Assembly (NCBI RefSeq): GCF_009914755.1
Contig: NC_060936.1
DNA length: 64,000 nucleotides
Reading direction: 5' to 3' (one strand)
Source of the DNA: the human T2T-CHM13v2.0 reference genome, Homo sapiens
This document shows, piece after piece, positions 15,176 through 32,166 of the stretch (position 1 is the first letter of the stretch; the number at the start of each line of letters is the position of its first letter). The translations under genes were made by a program, and so were the position numbers. The notes under the pieces are model-generated. The model had not been told where the DNA came from. It saw only the letters and a program-made list of their open reading frames with translations, and did no database searches.

Positions 15176-15885
15176 GTTAGTAATAAAAATGGAAGGAAAA
15201 AGTATAATAATAAAAAAAATACTTGTAATGTAATTCCCCTTTTGCTGACTTGCCAAGCGGTCTTAGTGAAGACCTTGGTATTTTTCAGTGTTTATCTTTG
15301 AAGCTGAACTTTTCTTTTTTCAGTTATGTCATTATGGTGATATTGGCAATAAGATAAACTTTGAGTTTTTCTTACCCCTATTAACTGTCAAAACAAATTT
15401 CTTGGCATCCCACATTCATAGAACTTAACTCAATTGACTCAGTTCGTCTCCTAGATAATTATGTAAGTATCTCAAAAACAATCCGTCAGGCTTGAATTTT
15501 ACACAGTATCCATGCCTTCTTATTTTAGTTTACTGCCTCTCTGTCTCCTTAGAAATGTTTCCATTTCTGAAATCTCAGAGCCATCCCTGAATCCTTCTAT
15601 CTAAGCTCAACCTATTTCTGTATCAATCTTCTCCACTTCATTAAAAGGCATCAACATCCTCCTAGTGGTTCAACCCTTCCCCAAAGCATCAGCTTTTGTG
15701 GTAGGTAACGGTTGTCTATAAATTCTTTGTAGCTCCTCTCATCAAAAGGTACAATCTATTTCTCAGCTCCTCAAATCTGGACTAGCTTTGTGATCCTTTG
15801 ACTGGTAAAATGAAGTGAAAATGATATTGTATGAATTTTAAGCCTAGACCTTTAGAGATCTTGCAGCTTCCGTTTTCCCCTATTG

Positions 15886-16108
15886 CAATGTTTCTCAGCC
15901 TTAGCACTACTGCCATTCTGGGCCAGATAATTCTTTATGGTTGAGGCCTCTTTTGTAGGATGTTTATCAGCATCCCTGGCCTCTATCACTAGGTGCAAGT
16001 AGCAAGTACTGCCCTTCCCTTTCTCAAATTGTGACAACCAAAATGTCTGTAGACATTGCCAAATTTCTCTGGGGAATGGGGGCAAAATTGCCCCAGTTAA
16101 GAACCGTG
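15886..16108. mobile_element. MER20 hAT-Charlie DNA transposon, inserted in an MLT1-like LTR (~15700-16260)
   Basis: GGCCAGATAATTCTTT..AGCATCCCTGGCCTCTA..GTGACAACCAAAATGTCT..GACATTGCCAAA; imperfect 8-bp TSD CCCTATTG/CTCTATTG. Confidence 0.85.
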
Positions 16109-16916
16109 ACTCTATTGGAATGCTGCTGCCATGTGAACAAGGCTGGGCTGGGTTACTGGAAAACAAGAGCAGAGATGAGCAATCCCAGCAGGGCCCTTCC
16201 AGCCTGGCCATCACACCAGCAAGCTACTCAAAGCAGCTGGGCCAGCTGTGCGTGGCCTGAGGTTGAATTCAAGTTTCATTTGTTTCAAATAATTATCCAA
16301 TTGTTTCTGCACAACTTATTTACTTTTTATTAGGTAGAGTATACATATATATGTACATGGTCTTTTTTTGGGCTGTCTATATTATATTATTATTATTCCA
16401 TTGGTTCACTTGTCTTTGTATGTTTCTTGTAAAACTTGATATATGAAAGTTTATGGCCTCTTACTAACACCACCGCAATTACTACCTCTCCTTTTTTTCC
16501 TTTAATAGTGCATGTGCTATTCTTGATTCTTTGCATTCCCCATACATTTTAGAATCAACTTGTTATATTCTCCCAAAAATTTGTTGTGGTTTTGGTTGGT
16601 AATGCATGGAAACTATAAATCAATCTAGACAGACTGGTATCTTTACAATATGAACTATTTCAATCTATGAACAAGATTTTTTCTCCTACATTTTCTGGTC
16701 ATCTTTAATTTCTCTCCATAAAATTTTATACTATTTAGTATAGCACTCTTCTTGTATTTGTTAGATTTATTCTTAGAGAGTTGATATTTTGATGGTATTT
16801 TAAATGGCATCATTAAAAAATCATATTCTCAGCATTTTGCAGCTGGAATATATAAAGGCAATTGATTTTGGTATTAACTTGTATCCAGAAACACAGCTGA
16901 ATTCAGTTATTTATCT

Positions 16917-17237
<321 letters not shown>

Positions 17238-18343
17238 TAATTTTAGATTACTTTTGGATTGTTTTACATATATAGTCATAACATATGCAAATATCCTTAA
17301 AACATATTTCTCTTCATTACCTTACTTCACTTATTGGGAGCTTGGTATAGTTTTATAGTGGTGAGTGGGCCAGTTTTAATAGCTTGATATGAATAACCAG
17401 TAAGCTGAAATATTATATATACATTCTGTTATATTTATGCATCAGGCAAAATAATAATTCCCAACTTTGGAACATCTGGGAAGTTTTCTGTAAAATTCTA
17501 GACGACGGTACTAGTAAAACTTGTATATCTTGCTACTACTTGGGAAAGACATCTGTTATTAGGTGAACTTTCTTTGGTATTGAGTTAATCATTTGAATCA
17601 CATTCAATTTATTGAAATTTATATTAAGTGCCAGATGTTAATTGTTCATTTTTTGTTTTTATTATTAATTGGCACACAGTAATTGTGCATATTTGCAAAA
17701 TACAGAGTGATTTTTGATACATGTATATGATATGTAATGATCAAATCAGCATAATTAGCTTATCCAACACCTGAAATATTTATCATTTCTTTGTGTTGGG
17801 AACATTCAAAATCCATTCTTCTAGTGAAAATATAAATTGTTGTTAATTATAGTCATTCTACAGTGCTACAGTACACAAGAACATATTCTTTCTATCTATC
17901 TCTATTTGCTATAATTTTGTATCTGTTAACAAAACTATTTCCTCTTCCCCTTCCCAGTCTTAACTATGTACCACTTTCTACTTCTGTGAGATCAACTTTT
18001 TTAGCTTCCACGTATGGGAGAGAACATGTAGAGTTTATGTTTCTGTGCCTGGCTTATTTGGCTTCACATAATGTCCTCTAAGCTCATCTGTGTTGCTGCA
18101 AATGAAAGGATCTCATTATTTTTTATGACCGAGTAGTATTCCATTGTGTATATGTACCACATTTTCCTTATCCATTCGTCTGCTGATGGACACTTAGGTT
18201 GATTCTATATCTTGGCAAATGTGAATAATGCTGCAATAAACATGGGAGTGCAGCTATCTCTTTGACACACAAATTTCCTTTCCTTTGTGTATATAACCAG
18301 TAGCAGAATAGCTGGATCATACGGTAGTTCTATTTTTAATTTT

Positions 18344-19157
<814 letters not shown>

Positions 19158-20532
19158 TAATGATGTTCAGCATTTTTTCCTATACCCGTTGGCTATTTGT
19201 ATGTCTTTTTTTGAGATATGTCTATTCAGCTCATTTGCCCATTTTACAATAAGATTATTATTACTTTTTGCTTTTGAGTTGTTTGAGTTTCTTGTATATT
19301 CTGGATGTTAACCCCTTGTTGGATGAATAGTTTGCAAATATTTTCTCTTATTTTGCAGATTTTCTGTTACTCTGCTGATTGTTTTCTTTGCTATGCAGAA
19401 TCTTTTTAGTTTAATATAATCCCATTTTTCTATTTTGGCTTTTGTTACCTGTGTGTTTGAGGTCTTAGCCATAAAATCTTTGCTCAGTCCAATGTCTTGA
19501 AGTGTTTTCCCTGTTTTCTTCTAGTAGTTTCATATTTTGAGTCTTATATTTAAGTTTTTAATCCATTTTGTTTTGATTTTTGTATATGATGAGAGGGAGG
19601 GGGTCTAGCTTTATTCTTCAGCATACGGATATCCAGTTTTTCCAGTATCATTCTTTCTTGACTAATTTTTTTCCCCCAGTGAATATTCTTGGCATCTTTT
19701 TCAAAAATCAGTTGACTATAATATGTGGATTTATTTTTTGGTTCTTTATTCTGTTGCATTTGTCTATGTGCCTGTTTTTCTGTGGTACCATGCTGTTTTG
19801 GTTATGACAGTTTTGTAGTATATTTTGCAGTCAGGTAGTGTGATGCCTCCAGCTTTGTTCTTTTTGCTCAATATTGCTTTGGCTATTTGGGGTCTTTTGT
19901 GGGGTCCACATGAATTTTAGGATTGTTTTTTCTTTCTGTGAAGAATGTCATTGGTATGTTGATAGGGATTGCATTGAATCTATAGATTGCTTTTAGTAGT
20001 ATAGTCATTTTCACAATATTAATTATTTCAGATCATGAACATGGAATATTTTTCCATGTTTGGTCCTCTTCAATTTCTTTCATCAGTCTTTTATAGTTTT
20101 TCTTGTGCAGATATTTTATCCTTGGTTAAATTTATTCTTAGGTATTTTATTTTTTGTAGCTATTATAAATGGGATTGCTTTCTTGATTTATTTTTCAACT
20201 AGTTTGTTTTTGGTGTGTAGAAATGCTACTGATTTTTGTATATTGATTTTGTATTCTGCAACTTGGCTGAATTTGTTTATCAGGTTTATTTTTTTTTTTT
20301 TGGTGGAGCTTTTAGGGTTTTCTATGTATAAAATCATGTCATCTGCAAACAGGGACAATTCGACTTCTTTCCAATTTGGATGACCTTTATTTCTTTGTCT
20401 TGCCTAATTGCTCTGGCTAGAACTGCCAGTACCATGTTGAATAAAAGTGGTGAGAACAGACATACTTGTCTTGTTCCACTTCTTAGCTCTGATTCATTGG
20501 CTTTCAAAATAATTATACAGAATTTCTTGATT

Positions 20533-20712
20533 CAGTGGTTTCCAAATGTGGCTGCACATCAAAATCACTTGGGAAGCTTATATAAAATAACAATACTAAG
20601 CCCCTTCCCAGACCACATCAATCAGGATCTCAGAGGATAGGGCCTACGCTTTGATATTTTTTGTTTTAAGGCATTTCAACTGATTCTAATATGCAGCCAG
20701 GATTGAACACTG
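20533..20712. mobile_element. MER5-family MITE
   Basis: CAGTGGTTTCCAAA..GCTGCACATCAAAATCACTTGGGAAG...TGATTCTAATATGCAGCCAGGATTGAACACTG, terminal inverted repeats. Confidence 0.8.
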
Positions 20713-22051
20713 TTTCAATTTCTGAGCTATTTTCTGGTAGCATCTTAGGCCTTTGAAGAACTGTATTAACCCTTTCAAGCCCTCATGATTGCAATATGTC
20801 AAAGCAGGATTAATAACTGATACATCAGATTTTAAAAACAGAGAAATAAATATATCTGTAAACAAGGCTACTAGAAAGGGCAGTCTGTTTGTTTGAGAAG
20901 AATACAATAATCAAGTTGGATGGTGAAACCACTCTAACAATAAAAATTATTATGAAATATTTGTTTTGAAAGTAATTTTCTTCCGAAAACATCACTCATC
21001 ATTTTCGTTCCCTTGATAATTGTCTGATCGGATCAAAGGGCTCAGTTTCTTTCCCTAAGTAACAGTAACAATCTATATTTTATTTTCATTTAATAATAGG
21101 AAAAGAGGACAATATGTTTGGAAATTATCACTCTCTGTATCAAGCTCTCCCTGTTGGCTCATGGGTTGAAGTATTAAAGCCTTCATAAGCTTGAATATCC
21201 TCTGTTTGTAGTTACTTCTACTTCAGGGAGATTTTATGGAACGTAATCAAGCCAAAACTGTCAGAAGCTCCTCACAAGAATTGTTTTCAGCAGGGACTTT
21301 TGGTATAACAACAGTCTGAAAATTAGACTGACTTTAATCAGGATAATCTAAAATCAATTATACCCAACAGCATTGAACAAACCTGTCAAATTTTGTTGGC
21401 TTGTGAACTGAGAATTCTTGCAAAGTAGATGCCTCTCTAAAGTGGGACTTTGAGTAGGCAGCAAAGACCCTTCTTGCTAAGGATTCCCAGTTCTTGTGGG
21501 CAATGGTACCCTGGGCAGATAGCCATAATGATGTACGCTTGAGTGCCTAATTTGACCTGGGAGGAAAGATCTCCAAGCCTTCAGAGATTTTGTTTTTCTT
21601 CACTATAAGCTTTCTAAAATATGTATCTTCATTTCATTACTTCCATAGTTGAGTTAAAGGTTTCATTTTGAAGTCTGCTATTTAAATAAATTTTAATGTT
21701 GATCCTGGATGGGCTTTCTGAATATTCCCCAATTGTAGGCGGGCTGCTTGGCCTGCCTGTCTGCTTATACATCTCTCACCCCATCTGCCTCCCTCCCAAC
21801 CTGCCCTATTATGAATTTTACTCAAGACATCAATGGATGATCTGTTTGAGGTAGCAAGATAGGAATTTTATATAGCTTATCACTTAAAACTTTTCCTAAA
21901 AACTTCTTCATATATTGTTTACACTGCCCAAAGTTTCCTGCTTAGGGCAACTGCTAAAATCCTCCCACTCTGCCTCTCTTTCTGCAGTCTCCTCACCATT
22001 TTGCTGCTTTCCCTCTTGCTTTTCTTATTCTCTGCAATGCTTACATCTCAT

Positions 22052-22432
22052 TGTGTTAGTTCATTCTCACACTGCTGTAAAGAACTATCTGAGACTGGGT
22101 AATTTACAAGGAAAAGAGTTTTAATTGGCCACAGTTCACAGGCTATACAGGAAGCATGGCTGGGGAGTCCTCAGGAAACTTGCAATCATGGCTGGAGGCA
22201 AAGGGAAAGCAGGCATGTCTTATGTGGCTGAAGCAGGAGGAAGACAGAGCAAGCAAAGTGGGAGGTGCTATACACTTTCAAACAACCAGATCTTGTGAGA
22301 ACTCTATCAGGGGAACAGCAAGGGGAAGTCCGTCCTCATGATTCAATCACTTCTCACCAGGCCCCTCCTCCAACACTGGGAATTACAATTTGACATGAGA
22401 TTTGGGTGAAGACACAGAGCCAAATTATATCA
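22052..22432 (-). mobile_element. MaLR solo LTR (MSTA/THE1D-like)
   Basis: TG...CA termini, perfect 5-bp TSD CTCAT. Confidence 0.88.
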
Positions 22433-24399
22433 CTCATACTCCTGAAAATTGTTCTTTCCTCTTCCATAGCAGCTCCCTGGCAATCATGGCTTGTCACTTG
22501 TTTTCATCATATAAATTAGACCCTCCAAACCCTGGAAACAAATGAAAACAAGTGACACACCATTTTTATGAGGAAAACAAGTGACAAATCATTGTATATG
22601 ATTCTCTCATACACAATTCTCTACCTCATTGCAGTTTTTCCTTAGCAAACTTCACAAAGAGGAGCACAGTGTACAATTTTTGCTTCCTAGGGAAGCAAAA
22701 TTCTCTTCCCATTCACAGTCCTATATCCCTTTCCCTTATTTTTCTTCTCTGAGGTGAATGATGATTTTCTGTTTCATCTGAAGATGTTATTATATTTAGT
22801 CTGGTTATGCCAATCCATGTTTTGGGAGGTGGGGGGGGGCATATCTGGGAATGAGCACATTCATACTGGAATTTAGTTTTCTCCTTAAGGGTTCTACTCC
22901 TATAATTAGGGTTAAAATCTTCAGGAGGTAGGTTGCCATTATATGTCTTTCTGTTACAACCAGAGCCAATGTACAGGTATCTTTACTCCCCAGTGGGAAC
23001 TATGAAATGGCTGTAGATGGATATGTGGGTACTAAAAGCTATGGGCAACTTGCCATACTCAAAGCAGATCATGGAGTTTTGTTTCCATACTGAGCACTAT
23101 GTTGACTCAAGACAGGAAAGATGCCAATCACCTTAACTAGTATTGACGAACTGACTTACTCCTGTCCATTGATATCTTTCCTCTCATGGGCCCAACTTCA
23201 ATAGGATTAGGCATACCTATGGCACTCAATCAGTAGTACTTTAAACACTATCACTTTAGTTCTCATTAGCTTACCTGACAGTGAGAATTTAGGGAGCCCT
23301 CCAAGTCTCAGTAAATGTCGGTCCCTCAAATCACTCACAAATTGGTTCAAATTTTTGGTTCAAATATGCCCAATTTTCTAAGCTGTGCTTCACTTTTCCT
23401 GGCTCTCATTTGAACATATAGTGGAAGGAACATTTATTTTCTTCTTGCTGACTCTTGATTATGAGTCCAAACTACAAATCCAAACTACTCTTCTTCCTAT
23501 AATCTCCCCAAGGAAATGAGATCATCTACCATCTACATGGAGGCTCTGATGGCTTTGAGTCCCTTAATAACTACTATCACTAGATGCCATAACAAGAAAT
23601 CTTCATACTGCAAAGTGTTTGTGTTAACTACGCATTGTTTTAAAAATAGAGAAGCTTTACATCCATTACTCAGAGTTTTGCATCTCTGTAGAAAGTAGCA
23701 ATACCTGGCACTATTGGACCTATGTTCCCATTGAACAGAAGTTGGCCAATACAGAGTAGCATTTGCTTCTTTAGATGGGGCATCTGTCTTCCAGGTAGCA
23801 AAAGTCCTCACCACACCTAATTCTTTGATATCTGGCCTGCCTCAGTTATTGATATTACTTGATTGGCCCATGGAGGCATTTGAGTTTTCCACCTATGGTG
23901 TAGACTTTCACATAGTCTGCAGTAATTTTATCTCTTGAGGGTTCCATCCTTGTAATGTACTTTAAACACTACTCAAAGTCATCTTCTTTGACATAGAACT
24001 CCTTAAGGTATTTCTGCATTTTCTTGTAGAAAAGAGACCACATTGGTAGGTTCGCATCTGCTTTATTACAAATTCCGCATCAGAAACAAGTCCCCAGGAC
24101 ACTTGGTGAATCAGGATAAAGATTTAAAATAAGCCTTAGTATACCTGCCACCAACTACTTTTCCTCTTTCCCTCCCTTCCTCCTTCTTTCTCTTCTTTTC
24201 TCTCTTGTTTTCTTTCCTTATTGCACTTTCTTTTGTTATGCATTTACTAATCAGATGATATTTGTGTCATGCTTGTCCTGGCACAGGGTGATGACCAAAA
24301 CCAGACAGTTATTTAATCATGAAGTTTAGATGGCAGAGAGAGAAGGAGAAAGAAAATTAAGTAAACCTATATATTTTTCCTTTTTTAAAAAATGATTTC

Positions 24400-26853
24400 T
24401 TTTAAATAGACAGATAAAATTGTATGCATTTATCCTATATAACATGATGTTTTAAAATATATATACATTGTGGAATGGTTAAATCTAGCCAATTAAAATA
24501 TGCATTAACTCACAGTTATTTTTTGTGGTGAGAACATTTTACATGCATTCTGTTAGCATATTTCAATAATATAATGTATTGTCATTAACTATAGTCACCA
24601 TGTGGTCCAATAGATCTCTTGAACTTATTCCTCCGATCCAACTATAATTTTGTATCCTTTGACCATTGTCTTTCCAGCCCTTCCCCATCCCTGCAAGTGC
24701 CCCAGCCTCTGGTAAGTACTATGGGACTCTCTACTTCTATGAGATCAACTTTTTTAGATTCCACATATGAATGAGATAATGTGGTATTTGTCTTTCTGTG
24801 CTTGTCTTATTCTACTTAATATAATATCCCCCAGGTTCATCCAGGTTGTTGCACATTTATAAGATTTCTTTATTTTTTTATAGCTGAATAGTATCCCACT
24901 GTGTACATATACTACACTTTCTTATTCATTAATCTGTTGATGGACACTTAGGTTGATTTCATATCTTGGCTAATGTGAATAATGCTGCAATAAACATGGG
25001 AGTGCAGGTATCTCTTTGACACACTGATTTCCTTTCCTTTGGGTATATAACATGTAGAAGAATAGCTGGATCATATGGTAATTCTATTTTTGTTTTTTTT
25101 GAGGAATCTTCATACTATTTTTATAATGGCTGTACTAATTTGCATTCCCATCACCAGTTTACAAGTATTTTCTCCACATCCTTATCAACATTTATCTTTT
25201 GTCTTTTTGATTGTAGCCATTCTAATAGGAGTGAGGTGAGATCTCATTGTGGTTTTGATTTGCATTTCTCTGATGATTAGTGATGTTGAGAATGTTTTCA
25301 TATACCTGTTGGCCGTGTATATGACTTCTTTTGAGCTATGTCTATTTAGCACATTTGTGTATTTTAAAATCAGATTTATTTTTTAATTTTTTATTTGCTG
25401 TTGAGTTGTTTGAATTCCTTATATATTCTGGATATTAATCCCTTATCAGACATATAGTGTACAAATGCTTTCCACCATTCTGTAGGTTGTCTCTTTAATC
25501 TATTGATTGTTTTCTTTACTGTGTAGAAACTTTTGGTGTTATAATCTCATTTGTCTGTTTTTGCTTTTGTTGCCTGTGCTTTTGAGCTCATATCCAAATA
25601 AGCAATGTCATGGAGGCTTTTCTCTATATTTTCTTCTATTAGTTCTTTACTTTTGAGACTTACATTTAAGTCTTTGATACATTTTGAGTTGACTTTTTTT
25701 GTATATGGTGTGAGAGGTCTATTTTTTGTTTTGTTTTGTATGTGGATATCCAGTTTTCCCAGCCTAATTTAGTCAACAGAATTTCCTTTTCCCCTTTTAT
25801 ATTTATGGCACCTTTGACAAAAATCGGTTGGTTGTAAATGTGTGGATTTATTTCTGGGTTCTCTATTCTGTTCCATTGGTCTGTATCTTTGTTATGCAGT
25901 ATCGTGTGGTTTTTGTTACTATAGCTTTGTAGTATATTTTAAAGTCAGGTAGTGTGATGCTTTCAGCTTTGTTGTTTTTGCTCAAGACTGCTTTGGCTAT
26001 TCAGGGTCTTTTGTGGGACTATATGAATTTTAGGATATATATATTTTTTGCTTCTGTAAAGAATGTCATTGGTATTTTGATAGGGATTACTTTAAATCTG
26101 CAGATTGCTTTGGGTACTATGGACATTTTAACAATATTAATTCTTCCAATCCATCCACACAGGATGTTTCCATTTATTTTTGTCTTCTTCAATTTCTTTC
26201 ATCAATGTTTTATGGTTTTCAGGGTAGAGGTCTTTCACATCCTTGGTTAAATTTATTCCTAAATGATTTAACTTTTTTGTAACTATTGTAAATGAGATTG
26301 TTTTCTTAATTTTTTTTTCAGATAGTTTGCTGTTGGTGTATAGAAATGCTATTGACTTTCGTATGTTGATGTTGTATTCTACAACTTTACTGAATTTGTT
26401 TATTAGTTCTAACAGTTTTTTGGTGGAATCTTTAGAATTTTCTACATATAATATCGTGTCTGTAAACAAGGACAATTTAATTTCTTCCTTTACAATTTGG
26501 ATGCCTTTTATTTCTTTCAGTTATCTAACTGGTATGACTAGGACTTCCAGCTATATGTTGAATAGAAATGGCAAGAATAGGCACCTTTGCCTTGTGGATA
26601 TTAAGGGAAAAGCTTTCACGTTTTCTCTATCGACTGTGATGTTAACTGTGCATTTGTCATATATGGCCTTTAGTGAGGTGAGGTACATTCCTTCTATACC
26701 TAATTTGTTGAGAGTTTTTAATTAAAATCCTGAAACAATGTTGATTTTTTTCTAATGCTTTTTTTGTATCAGTTGAAATGATCATATGGTTTTGTCCTTT
26801 ATTTTGTTAATGTGATGTATCACATTTATTGATTTGTTTGTTGAACTAGCCTT
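24400..26853 (-). mobile_element. L1MA (MA8-like) 3' portion, inserted in an L2
   Basis: Minus-strand ORF2 remnant SLFTDTILYVENSKDSTKKLLELINKFSKV; possible TSD AAGTAAAC. Confidence 0.85.
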
Positions 26854-27196
26854 ACAAGTAAACACATTAAAAAATACTAGTAGTGAGGGACAGGAACACA
26901 GAAATTGTAGATTATGCTAAGGTTGTAGAATGTAACCTATGAGTAATGGGAAAGCATTAAGATTTTAAGCAGTTGTGAGTGTGTGTGTTTGATGGTGTGT
27001 ATGTGTGACATGGTAAGATCTGTATTTAAAAGTCATTCTTGATACCATGGGGAGAATGGATTATAAAGAATCAGAGTGGATAAAGGCAAACTGGTTATGA
27101 AGCTTTTGTAATAGTCTGGCTAAGAAAGAATGGCCTCTTGGATGAGTGTGAGGCAGTGATGATGGAGAGAGGGGGAAAGATGAAACAGACATTTAG

Positions 27197-27527
27197 TCAT
27201 GTCCTTTTCAGCAACATGGGAGCAGTTGGAGACCTTTATCCTAAGAGAATTTATGCAGAAATGGAAAACCAAATACTGTATATTTTCACTTATAAGTGGG
27301 AGCTAAACATCAGCTACTCATTGACATAGAGATGGCAACAATAGAAGCTGGGGATTACTAGAGGGTGGAGGAAGGGGTACAAGGGTGGATAAACTGACTA
27401 TTGGGTACTATGCTCAATACCTGGGTGATGGGATCATTCATATTCGAAACCTCAGCATCACACAATATACCCATGTAACAAGCCTGCACCTGTACACCTT
27501 GAATCTAAAATAAAAGTTGAAAAAAAA
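27197..27527 (+). mobile_element. L1PA16/17-like 3' end
   Basis: CACTTATAAGTGGGAGCTAAAC..ATTGGGTACTATGCTCA..TGAATCTAAAATAAAAGTTG, poly(A). Confidence 0.8.
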
Positions 27528-27760
27528 GAGACTTAGGAAGAAGGTCAGCAAGACTATACAACAATGGGAAGTAAATTAGAGGAAGAGATCAAGGATGGCC
27601 CCCAACCTTCTGGGAGCTAGAACAAGATGGATGGTGCTGCCATCATTGCACCAGGGAAGCTTGCTCAGGTTTGAGGGGAAGATCATTATTTCAGTTTCAG
27701 AGATGTTGAGTTTAAGATGCATTTAGATTTTCCTTGTGGAGCTGGAGTGCAGGCTAGGAG

Positions 27761-27935
27761 CAGGACCAACTACATAGTTTGCAGGGCCCATGGCAAAATG
27801 AAAATTTGGGGCCTCTTGTTCAAATATTATTAACAATTTCAACATGGCTATAGCAGAGCATTAAACCAAAGGTTGGCACTTCCAAGCACAGCACCCTGTG
27901 TGACTGTACAGATTGTGTGCCCTTGAAGGTGTCAC
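27761..27935 (-). mobile_element. MER45A hAT-Tip100 element
   Basis: CAGGACCAACTACATAGTTTGCAGGGCCC..CAAAATGAAAAT..AGCAGAGCATTAAACCAA. Confidence 0.75.
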
Positions 27936-28281
27936 AAATCTGCTTATGAATCTGGAGCTCAGAGGAGATGTCTAGACTAAAAGTATGCATCTGGGAACCA
28001 TCCTGGTATAGATGATAATTGAAGAAATTGTCTAAAGATATTTTAATGAGTGAGAAGAAAAAAAAGCCTTAAAGAATTTCAGCAATGTTGTAGCTGCAAA
28101 AGAGGTTCCTAAGAACTTTCACTTCTTAAGACATTGAAAGTCCATTTATACTGAGACACAACTAATTGCTAGAAAATTACTTAAAGAAAAATTTAACAAC
28201 TTCTTCAGTGTAGTTAACTCACATAATGTGGTATAAGCCTCATTTTCTGCCTAATAGTTTAAACTTTGCAATCTCTAAAGA

Positions 28282-28910
28282 CGTCAGAGGCATTTAAATC
28301 AGAGCAACTTCATCTTAAACAGGGGCTGGGTAAAATAAGGCTGAGACTTACCCGGCTGCATTCCAAGGAGGTTAGGCATTCTAAATCACAGGATAAGATA
28401 GCAGGCCAGCACAAGATACAGGTCATAAAGACCTGCTGATAAAACAGGTTGCAGTAAAGAAGCTAGCTAAAACCCACCCAAACAAGGACGGTGATGAGAG
28501 TCACCTCTGGTCAACCTCATGGCTCATTATACTCTAATTATAATGCATTAGCATGTCTAAAAGACACACCCACCAGCACCATGACAGTTTACAAATGCCA
28601 TAGCAACATCCGAAAGTTACCCTGGATGGTCTAAAAAGGGGAGGAACCCTGAGTTCTAGAAATTGCCCACTCCTTTCCCAGAAAACTCATAAATAATCCA
28701 CCCCTTGTTTAGCATATAATTAAGAAGTAACAATAAGTATCCTTAGCTGAGAAGTTCCAGCCGCTGCTCTACCTATGGAGTAGCCATTCTTTATTCCTTT
28801 ACTTTCTTAATAAACTTGTTTTCACTTTATGGACTCACCTCAAATTATTTCTTGTGCGAGATTCAAGAACCCTCTCTTGAAGTCTGGATCAGGACCCCTT
28901 TCTGGTGACA
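28282..28910 (+). mobile_element. MER41B solo LTR
   Basis: Start GTCAGAGGCATTTAAATCAGAGCAAC, CTAATTATAATGCATTAGCATG block, tandem GAS region 28654-28683, end GGACCCCTTTCTGGTGACA. Confidence 0.88.
28675..28683. promoter_or_regulatory. Candidate STAT1 GAS motif TTCCCAGAA in MER41B
   Basis: Fits TTCNNNGAA at the position of the known MER41B GAS pair; activity not shown. Confidence 0.5.
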
Positions 28911-29212
28911 AAAACATTAATTCCATGTCAGTATAAACTCTGTGATGTAGTTCCAGGAACCACTATGGTTTGAATCTTGGCCATGCTTGCCCTTGCCACC
29001 TGGGTCCTACTGTAGGCTTGAAGTCTATAGCCTGAGAAAGGAATGTGGCTGGCAGCTTCCCTCTTTCTTCTTTTACCAGTGGATTACTGACTACTATTTC
29101 TGACCCCTTGGGGGTTGGAGCCAGTAGAGGTAAGGGAATCAGAAAGCTCCTACAGAATGGCTTGTGATGTCAGTTTTGTATCTGTTATCTATTATCTTAG
29201 AATATCAACTGA

Positions 29213-31640
<2,428 letters not shown>

Positions 31641-32166
31641 AGAATGTAACACCCATGTCTCTAGCCTGAAGCATGATTTTTTTTTTTTTAGTCTTTGATT
31701 GAATTACTTAAGCAGTTCTTAACTAATTTAAGTAAAAGATGCTATGAGATCAGAGAGATGAAATCTAGCCTCAGGGTTAGGGAAGGCTTCCTGCAGCATA
31801 GGTGTTACCAAGTGAGAAGCCAGGGAAAAGGAGTAATAAGATTTGAGCTAAGCATGTTGGATTCAAAGATATAGGTTAGAGAACAGGAGCACTAAGAGGA
31901 CCCAGAGGCATTTGGTGGAGCAGATCACGAAAGCTGGAGAGTGACTGTGATGAAGGATGAGGCTGGAGAGTTAAGCAGGAGCTAGACTTTGAAGGGTCTG
32001 GTGAATGTGTTAAGGAGCAATGGGGAGTCATTGCACATTTACAACAAAGGTAATATGATCAAATTTGCATTTTCAAAAGATAGCTGAGGCTCCAGTGTGG
32101 GGAATAGATTGGAGGAACAAGGGAGAATGGTTAGAAGGTTCTTCCAGTCACTTCTCTTCCATCAGT

